Assembly (NCBI GenBank): GCA_013115145.1
Contig: JAAPAO010000336.1
Location: 1-38,381, forward strand
DNA length: 38,381 bases
Direction: 5' to 3'
Source: Perkinsus chesapeaki ATCC PRA-425
Taxonomy: Eukaryota > Protista > Perkinsozoa
In this document: in pieces, positions 1 through 8,299 of the stretch
Position numbering within the stretch: position 1 is the first letter of the stretch
How the letters are laid out: the number at the start of each line of letters is the position of its first letter
The notes under the pieces: generated by a model
Databases searched by the model: none
What the model saw: the letters and a program-made list of their open reading frames with translations, nothing else
What the model was told of the DNA's origin: nothing
Made by a program: the position numbers and the translations under genes

Positions 1-61
1 TAAATACAATAAATAAGGTTAAACTTTAATAACTCTTTGTGAGTTGTGTTGTGGTGATTAA

Positions 62-715
62 AAAGTCACTACAGACGAAGTCCGACGGTTGGGTTGTCTC
101 GAGCACGTTCCCGGCTTGGCGATTGATCTTCGATGCCTCAAAGTAGCTAGCCTCATTGCTATCTTTGGTTTAATGCGTTCTCGAGAAGTATTGGCTTTGA
201 GAAAGTGCGATATATCTTGCGAAGTCTCCTTCATACTGGTTCATGTGTCCAAGTCCAAGACGGACCAGGTCGGGGTGGGCCGATGGATAAAGATCGGATG
301 TGTGGGTTGTACGGACCCAGACGCCGGTCCTTTCCCCTTCTGTCCTATGCATCAACTTATCAGGTGGTTGAATGAGTTTGTAGAAGTGAATACCCCACTT
401 TTGTTCCCTGGGTTATCCTATGACTCTTGGCTGCTCGCTCTGCGCGTTGCCCTATCTTTTATGAATGGCTCTTCCTCTTCGGATTCTTGGGGAAGCCATA
501 GCCTCCGTAGAACGGGGGCGTGCCTTCTCTGGAAGGCAGGGTATAATGACCTTTTCATTCAGCAGTATGGCCGTTGGAGATCTGATTGTTATAAGAGGTA
601 TCTGGACACCGTTAATGAAGAGTTTTCGTCAAAGTACGCTGCGGACATGATGTCATTGATCAGTCCTCGGTCTGTGGTTGGCCCGCAATGGTGTCTAATA
701 CCATCTACTGAATAA
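62..715 (+). CDS. Tyrosine recombinase (YR) of a DIRS/Ngaro/Crypton-type mobile element; 5' end uncertain
   Basis: The catalytic set is in the correct order: R (GLMRSRE), K (SKSKTDQ), HxxR (SHSLRRTGA), GRW, and Tyr (SDCYKRY). The frame is open from 62, after a TAA at 59-61, and no ATG is seen. It is intronless. RT/RNase H would lie outside the window to the left. Confidence 0.9.
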   Translation, partial: KVTTDEVRRLGCLEHVPGLAIDLRCLKVASLIAIFGLMRSREVLALRKCDISCEVSFILVHVSKSKTDQVGVGRWIKIGCVGCTDPDAGPFPFCPMHQLIRWLNEFVEVNTPLLFPGLSYDSWLLALRVALSFMNGSSSSDSWGSHSLRRTGACLLWKAGYNDLFIQQYGRWRSDCYKRYLDTVNEEFSSKYAADMMSLISPRSVVGPQWCLIPSTE

Positions 716-1493
716 TTTAGGGGTTTTGCGATGACCCTGGGAAGCTTTCAAAAAAAAGCAAGCTCTTTATCTATGCTGCTGGTCTGGTTATTTCTGCTCG
801 AGTATTGCAGTCTAAGGGTACTATACTTGTTTGAGGGTCTTTCTGGTTTGGGGTGTCCCGGCTTTGGAGGAGACCAGTTCACATGGTGATGATGGAGCTC
901 AGCTTTATCAAGGCCTGCTATTCTAAGAGTAGTTTGCTCTAGTCCACCCTTGTGCCTGGTCATGCCGACATTCAGCCGTGCTTTATCTCGGCGCCGGTTA
1001 CACCCCCCACACCTCAGGGTCTTGAGTTTGGTATTGGTTTCCGCAATATTATTTTATTGTTGTGCTGTCAGAATTACCTTGTGCTCCGAGAACTCGGAGT
1101 TTCTTGGGCGTTTGTTATTGCAGTAAAGTTTCACAGGGGATCATAGAGACAGGCGAAGAAGGGCTTTCCCTCGTAGCCGTCTCGTCTCAGAAATGATCGA
1201 TGGCGTGCGCGCGTTCTACGACGCAGACACGCGTCCCACGCGACGCCGCTCATATCGTAAACCCGCTACGCATAAAATACATGAATCTCGGGAAAAGGTG
1301 CGTGAGAAATGAGGAAAGTCATGCCGGAGGGTGACACGCCAACTACGGGCTATACCTCTGGGAGGCAGCAGCCTATGTAGATGAGCCATAATTGAAGATG
1401 GTCAGTATGGGGGGCTGTTACTGAATCGTGGGCAGTTTTGGGTGATTATACATAACTTATGTATAGGGATGTATAGGGAAGTTATACTTAACT

Positions 1494-2443
1494 TAGGGAT
1501 GTCGATTTCATGGAAATCGTAAGGCCATTTCTGACATTGAGATTCCATATGGAAATTTCCACGAGAATCGTTTCACAGAAGGAAAACTGTTTTTTCCGCT
1601 CCGCCGGCAAGCGGCAGTGTTCCAACTTGCTCAGTTTCCGCCGATATAATTGAGTGAGCTTGATATTATCGCCTGCCGAGTCGACAACGGTAAGTGTTGT
1701 CTTATACCACTGACATCAGCCAACAGTGTTGGCCCAACGACGGCTATATGGTTCCCGTATCCTGATGTAATATCCTTTTCGTATCAAGATACGAAAACAA
1801 AATAGCCTATACGAGTCGTATAATACGGATGCTTTCGTGTTTCCCAGCTGGGGACGAATAAGGGCCAAAATTATCGCTAGGAGACCGACATTTTGGCGCG
1901 CACAGAGTTTGTGGCACAAACTTTGTGCGACTGTGTGGCCAGAATAGCTAGGCAACAGTGGTGCCTAGCTATTCTCATCACACATCACTGTTCGCCAGGA
2001 CACGGGTCCGCCTGGCATATGATGAAGAGAGTAAACAGACTCTAGTCACGCGTGCTAGGGCGGTCGGTTCAACAACCAACGTTAACGTGAATAGAACTAT
2101 GAGGGGGGCCTAAGGGATCATGGTACTTTTATTCAATGAAACGGTTTGATATGTCGCGCATGCTATTTTGATCGATTGGCCATTTGGGTGCTGCCAACAC
2201 CGTGCTGGCAAGCAACTTAATAATCCTTAGCTCCGGGACTTTATTCGTTAAAGCCCGTCAATGTCTATCCCAAAGATTCTGTACGCCCTCACATTACCCA
2301 GGACAGGTTCGTTACGTGTTCGTTTGCCTTTTTCTCAAAATTTCCTCAATTATGTGAAATTTCCAGTGGTTGCATTTCATGTCCGAAATTTCGGAAATTT
2401 CCGCAAGCGGAAATTTCTGAAATTCCCATTTTCGACAACCCTA
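1494..2443. mobile_element. Non-autonomous hAT-like DNA transposon, about 950 bp
   Basis: The left end TAGGGATGTCGA (1494-1505) and the reverse complement of the right end TCGACAACCCTA (2432-2443) match at 11/12. Both ends carry GAAATTTC-type subterminal motifs. No 8-bp target-site duplication and no intact transposase are visible. Confidence 0.6.
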
Positions 2444-3963
2444 CGTAGACCATATACCGCTGAAGATGTTGCTAAATCAAGAGGGGGTAAAGACAGTAGA
2501 TGTATATCATATCCATCTAATAATATGTCTAAGAAACTATGGTTATATCTTAATAATGCTAAAGATAATAATACCTTCCTATATACATTAGGAGTTATAG
2601 ATCCAATACAAGCTATACAAGTTAGTAAATATGTTAATGTTATTTATATATGTGGATGGCAATGTTCAACAACATCAACAACTAAAAATGAGACTGGGCC
2701 TGATTTTGGTGATTATCCGTCAAAGACTGTACCAGATAAAGTTGATCTCATATTTAAAGCACAAACATTTCATGATAGAAAACAACAATTGGAAATATAT
2801 AATAATGATAATAATGATGCTGGAGTGGTAGTCGATTATGTGGAACCAATTCTTGCTGATAGTGATAGTGGTCATGGTGGTATTAGTTCTGTTATGCGTT
2901 CAATGAAAATGATGATTGACAAAGGTGCAGCTGGTGTACATTTTGAAGATCAAAGAGCATCAACTAAGAAATGCGGTCATTTAAGTGGTAAAGTATTGGT
3001 ATCCACAAGAGAACATATTGATAGGTTAATAGCAGCTTGATTGATATATTAGGAACTATTACTATTGCTAGAACTGATGCTGAAATAGCTAATTTAATTG
3101 GTAACAATATTGATGAACGTGATCATCCATTTATATTAGGTGCATCTAATCCTGATATTGTAAATGATGATAAAGCTATAAGATACCTCATTGATGATGC
3201 TATTAATAAAGATGAATCATATCAGAAAAATATCAGATATTGAAGATGAGTGGACTAATAGAGCTAAATTATGTACTTATCCTGAATTAATATCGAATCA
3301 ACTTTAACAAATGGGTTTACCGTATGATAAATGGGATGATACATCATCAAATATGGGTATTAATGATATGAAAAAAGAAGCTAAGAGATTACTTGGTTAT
3401 AAAGATGATAATTAACTACCTTGTTGGTGTTGGGAATGCCCACGTACAAGAGAAGGTTATTATCTTATCAGATGTGGTACTAATATGGTACTATATTAAT
3501 GATTAATATGGTACCATATGGAATACGATTAATAATTAATCGTGCTAAATCATTTGCACCATATTCTGATATAGTTTGGATAGAAGCTACCAAACCTGAT
3601 TATGAACAAGCTTATCAATTTACTAATGGTGTCCGTAATAATGATAAGTCCATATGTAACAAGAATATATTATTTGGTTATAATCTTTTCCCAAGCCTTT
3701 ATTGGGATAGTATGGGAATGTCGGATAATGATATTTATGATTTTCAAAATAAAATAGGTGAACTTGGTTTTGTATGGCAATTTATCCCATTACCTGGTTT
3801 TCATGTATCTGGTTTATATATGGATTTATTAGCTAAAGATTGTATTAAACATAATATGTTAGGATATATGAATTAACTACAAAGAATCGAAAGAGGTAAT
3901 GATAATGAATTATTATATCATCAAAAATGGTCTTGTGCAAATTATATTGATGAGGCTATATCA

Positions 3964-4032
3964 ATTATAAATTATAAGTTATAAGTTATAACTTATAATT
4001 GATATAGCCTAATGTAATGTTATAATTTATAA
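3964..4032. repeat. TTATAA-based 7-mer tandem expansion interrupting the ICL 3' region
   Basis: TTATAAA TTATAAG TTATAAG TTATAAC TTATAAT ... TTATAAT TTATAAC separates the codons for ISII from T-GALSST. Confidence 0.7.
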
Positions 4033-4100
4033 CAGGTGCTTTATCATCAACTACAACTACATCACAAGTTGCACATTCATCAACTGAACGTGAACTAGAA

Positions 4101-4124
4101 CAACAACAACAACAACAACAACAA
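4101..4124 (+). repeat. (CAA)8 microsatellite encoding poly-Gln at the ICL C-terminus
   Basis: Read directly; in frame with GALSSTTT...ERELE and followed by CAC CGC CAT TAA. Confidence 0.9.
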
Positions 4125-4539
4125 CACCGCCATTAATAATGACCAATCACTTCCACATGTATCAATATAACAACATCTCCTCCTCCCTCCCTCTACCGAG
4201 GAAAAGGCAGTTCAGCCGCCGCAGGCAGACTGGCATGTGGCACCGCAGGTGACACTTTCAATAAGCACACTGCTAGGTGCTCTAGGTGTCACCTGAGTTA
4301 GACCAGTGGCTCGAACTAAGTTACCAATTTAATATTAACGAAAACCTAGGTAAAACTTGCAAATGACGGCATTTGTGCATTCAGACAAATTAGACAGTCC
4401 TCAACGATAGTGCCTCCCTCGCGCAACACCCTATGAAACCTCATGCGGAGTTGGCCTGTGATTGTATAACAATGATACGACACAGATCTGCACATATGCC
4501 GACGGCATATGTGGCGTTACGGCATTATGCCGTCGCCAG

Positions 4540-5110
4540 TAGTCTAATGTTCATGTTACATGACTCATGTATATCATACTCCGCCTCGTAAAGATATGCA
4601 TCTTTCAAAAGGATTCCCTTGGATGGTTACTGAACATGGTGGCTTAACTTTGATGTCGTGTAATCAATGGCTTGCACCGTGGGATGTGAGAACAGTAACA
4701 TTAGTCTGTTGCGAATATGAACGAATATCCCGGTCCGTGACGCACCCGCACGTAGATTCCGCAGTGAGCAGCTTTATTCAGAAGAGACTCGCTGGGCAAG
4801 GGCTTCAACTCTTGACTTATCAGTGACCGTGGATATGGATCTTCACGGTTGTGCTTCCAGCACAGTGCTGGTTTGAATGCTGCTGAGTTATCTATATACA
4901 ATGACGCCATACGGTGATCCCAGAGGCGAATGCTCCTCTTAGTGCGACGCGGATGTGGCCATTGGGATCCAGGCGAGCTTATTACTTGGTGCCAAGTCTT
5001 CACCAACAGGTTAGCCCGCTCCTCTGTGAGTCTTCACCGAGACCTCTCAGACCTCAGTAAGCCCGAATTCTGACTCTTGAGCTTGAATAAACCTACTAAA
5101 CTGAGCAGTT
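4540..5110 (-). mobile_element. Possible decayed retroelement fragment
   Basis: The minus frame contains LYIDNSAA, resembling an LTR-retrotransposon RNase H D-N motif. There are no splice signals and many stops. The support is weak. Confidence 0.25.
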
Positions 5111-5426
5111 TAGTTGGCTTAACTAAATCATAGACAATAATTCAGTTGGGACAGCGCCAACAAGCTCCTTTGACTATACGGCGGGGGCCGCGCCATAACT
5201 AAAGAGATATCTGGTATGCCTGACGTCCAACTGATCAACTTCTATCACAGGACTGAGAAGATTTCCCGATGCTACTGTAAAATTGGTGCAAGTTGGCTAC
5301 TGGGTGCGCCGATAAGCCAGTGCGCCCAGTTTGGTGGTAAATTAGAGCAAACGGGTGGAGGCTCCACCCGGTGCTATTTTTTGGGGGCCACAAATGGATG
5401 CGCTCTGAACGCGAATCGACAGCCTC

Positions 5427-7187
5427 ATGAGCGATACGGCATATATTCTGAGAATTTCTGTAATCCTCTTAGGAGGCTTGTATGCGGGCTCTGTATCGTC
5501 GCAGATAGCCGTGCAGAAGTTCTTTTTACTAATGTTTGTCTCAACTCTACAGCTCGTCTTGCTTTGTACTCTTGGTGGTTACTCATTCAAAATGGGTAAC
5601 GTCCGCATGCAAAGCATGGTCACCCGCTACTGTAACTCCGACTTGGTTGGTCCCGATGGGAAACCCGTTAACTGCCATCTATCCAATTCTATGGAGACTA
5701 TGGGGCTGATACTTCCTGGAATGGATGATGGAAAGTCGTTGACTACTCGCCAAGACATCTTAGTCACTAAAGACGGCCAATTGACGGTGGAAGCCTCGCC
5801 CGGTCGCCCATATGAGTTTATCGTTACGGCTCATACAACTAAGGGTTCTCACATGATACAGCTATACAATAAGACATCCTTCCCTATCCGCCCTGCCTCT
5901 GAAGAAGAATCGCCGAAGCAGGAGCAACTCAAAAGTCTTAACCATGAGCTCACTCTCGAGGACCATGGCTGGATTCAGCATGGACTTGTGCACGTGGATG
6001 GTGAGAAGCTACATAAAAGGGTTCTAGACAAGCTTAATGGTACAGACCCAAAGACTGGTATGAACTACACTGCTCTGGCCCTGACTGGACTTATACCAAA
6101 CTCCTGGACTCTATATACCGATGAGAATGATACTAGAATTGTGAAGTTGTTGGCCACGAATAATTTACATAATGACAAGGTCTTTCAAGAGACTGTGGTA
6201 ACTCATTGGGAAGAGCTACATGAAAACATGACTGTAAAAGATACTCTTCAACTGGTGTATTCGTCCTATGAAATTGAGAAGCACTCTACGAGCGTCCCTT
6301 CTCGGAGGAGAGATCCTGTTCCAGAAGCCATGTTCCTCGATTCTGAGCTCACAGGCGAGATGACTCGCGAGTTCTTCGAGAATACAAGGAATCCTGACTG
6401 GTTGCCTCCCAGGCCACTTCGTGGATCTACCGGCTCTGCTCGTCGGATCGACTACTTCAGGATTATACCAGGAACTGCTAGCTATAAGTACTTTCATGCC
6501 AAGGCCTCTTATCCCGTCAATGGTCTGACAAAGTTCGATTTCCCAAAAGACTGTACGACTAGTTTTATCACAAGCAAATCACCTTTTTGTCTTCATGTGA
6601 ACTTTGAGCTCAATAAGACAATGCTGGTACTGGACTTCTTCATGGGCTTCCAGGATTTCAATCAAAGGCATAAAAACGCACACCTGAATATCTCTGTCTA
6701 CTACTCTGATAAAGGGTCGGTTTTGAATTTTATGTTCAAAGCTGATGGTTGTGCCGTCATCTGGCAGGCGGGCGTCTCCTTCGCGAACTTGAATATTGCA
6801 GTATGCATAGCGGGAAGTGGTGATGGTAAAAGTCTCCTGCAACCGGACAAAGCTACTTACCGCGGGACAGCCTCAATTTCGGTATCTCTCAACCTTGATG
6901 TACCTATTGTCCCGACTATAAGTGTGTCAATCGAAGGAGGCCTTGCAACTCAGGGTGCTCCCCATAACAATATAACAGCTTCTGCTTATCTCAAACTATC
7001 GAGGAGTTTGCTAATTGTAGGCGCCGATATGTGGGTTGAAGTTATCGGTCATACGCTGAACCACAAGATTAACACTTGGGAGTTCGAGACCTTCTTCAAC
7101 CTCCAGGTGTGGGCGGGTTTCTGGATCTTTAAGCATCATTGGAAGTGGACCTGGTCTTTATTCAAAGTTGGTCCTGTTACGTTCTAG
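5427..7187 (+). CDS. Intronless hypothetical secreted protein with a beta-strand-rich, aromatic C-terminal domain; likely start ATG 5532
   Basis: Uninterrupted 586-codon ORF. MFVSTLQLVLLCTLGGYS from 5532 looks like a signal peptide. The last ~200 aa are alternating polar/hydrophobic strands ending WAGFWIFKHHWKWTWSLFKVGPVTF. Confidence 0.85.
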   Translation: MSDTAYILRISVILLGGLYAGSVSSQIAVQKFFLLMFVSTLQLVLLCTLGGYSFKMGNVRMQSMVTRYCNSDLVGPDGKPVNCHLSNSMETMGLILPGMDDGKSLTTRQDILVTKDGQLTVEASPGRPYEFIVTAHTTKGSHMIQLYNKTSFPIRPASEEESPKQEQLKSLNHELTLEDHGWIQHGLVHVDGEKLHKRVLDKLNGTDPKTGMNYTALALTGLIPNSWTLYTDENDTRIVKLLATNNLHNDKVFQETVVTHWEELHENMTVKDTLQLVYSSYEIEKHSTSVPSRRRDPVPEAMFLDSELTGEMTREFFENTRNPDWLPPRPLRGSTGSARRIDYFRIIPGTASYKYFHAKASYPVNGLTKFDFPKDCTTSFITSKSPFCLHVNFELNKTMLVLDFFMGFQDFNQRHKNAHLNISVYYSDKGSVLNFMFKADGCAVIWQAGVSFANLNIAVCIAGSGDGKSLLQPDKATYRGTASISVSLNLDVPIVPTISVSIEGGLATQGAPHNNITASAYLKLSRSLLIVGADMWVEVIGHTLNHKINTWEFETFFNLQVWAGFWIFKHHWKWTWSLFKVGPVTF

Positions 7188-8299
7188 CACCCACCGGCTA
7201 TTTTAGTCACCCGCTTTTTCGAATCGGTCGAGCCAGCACTTTTTTATGTTAATCAATTGCGTCTTGTGCTGGAAATGTGAAACTCTTGTAAAATAGTATT
7301 TGTTGTTGAGAATGGAGGCCCATGTAATTTACCCATGGGTTGTACTTCTAATTTACTGGTGTGTGCTGTACGCACCATGTAAAGCCTCCAGCCACTGTAG
7401 TACAGCGGACTTCTCCCCCCTCCTGTCTGTCGCACTGTAGGAAGACACCACAAGTGACCTTTTGATGGGTTGGTTTAATGAATATAAGAAAGGTGTGTTG
7501 TGGGTCCTTTAGTAAAAGATTTTATTTCCACGGCGGCTAGTGGTGGAGCAACCCCTCATCTCGGGCTCATTACTAAGTGCTGTTTGATAGTCCTGAGAGG
7601 GTGCCCCTGTTGCCTAGCAGGCACTCGCTCTCATTATTATCGGGTAACTAGAAGTTCATTATTATCTAGTAACTAGATTTGGTTGCTTAACTTGAGTATT
7701 CGAGAAGTTTCATTTCAACTCTTCAAGCCTTGCGTGTAATTAGTTGCGCAACGTCTACAACATGAATGCCCTAAACTGGGTAACGCTCTCAACTCATTCT
7801 GTTAAGTTCAACCCAAGGCTTTTGTAATGTACCCATGGCGCTACTCGCGCAATATCAGACCAGAGGGGAGCTTTTGTCTGTCACATCTGCAAGTCCTGAG
7901 GCGTCACGAGTGCTTGGTTGATTAGTGGATAAGTGAATATGGAACAAGTGTGCTGCGGGTTCCGTAGCGGAGAGCCTTATCTCGATAGCGTGAAGCGAAC
8001 TTCCATATCGGGTGGACTACAGAACGTGCGGTTAGGTTATTCTTAGCCGATACCCAAACTGCCGCACTCCTCCTAGACACTCTTCTGGATAGTTATCTAG
8101 TTGTATCCGAGACGCTTCAGTAGAACTGCTAGGTCTTCAAACTGGTAACTCAACGAGTATTAGCAATAACAACTTCTAGCAGAGCAACATGTTACGGAAT
8201 AAATTTGGATTGAGAAGGATGACTTCGAAAAATGTAGTGACAGGCAAAGCCGCTATTCTCGCTATAAAGCTGGTAGTCCCGAGAGAAATAACCTCACCG

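Larger units (their letters stand above)
2444..4136 (+). pseudogene. icl: Isocitrate lyase (long, fungal/plant-type), 5'-truncated, with frameshifts and in-frame stops
   Basis: Motifs: RPYTAEDV, GWQCS, PDFGDYP, PILADSDSGHGG, GVHFEDQ, catalytic [53 protein letters not shown]. Stops include TGA 3038-3040, TAA 3305-3307 and TAA 3874-3876. Frameshifts occur near 3045 and 3230. The sequence is very AT-rich. Confidence 0.93.

Noticed and set aside
1332-1371. SSU rRNA fragment (GGGAGGCAGCAG with nearby CTACGGG, like the 341F site)
   Set aside because: Only 12 contiguous bases match, they are interrupted by an insertion, and the downstream sequence does not follow 16S or 18S.
2261-2443. N-terminal ~61 aa of the listed 259-aa ORF as part of isocitrate lyase
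   Set aside because: It is read-through of the transposon right end (GAAATTTC repeats). ICL similarity starts at 2444.
5373-7204. GCTATTTT as a target-site duplication around the intronless secreted gene
   Set aside because: It is only 8 nt, low complexity and chosen post hoc. There is no poly(A) tract before the 3' copy.
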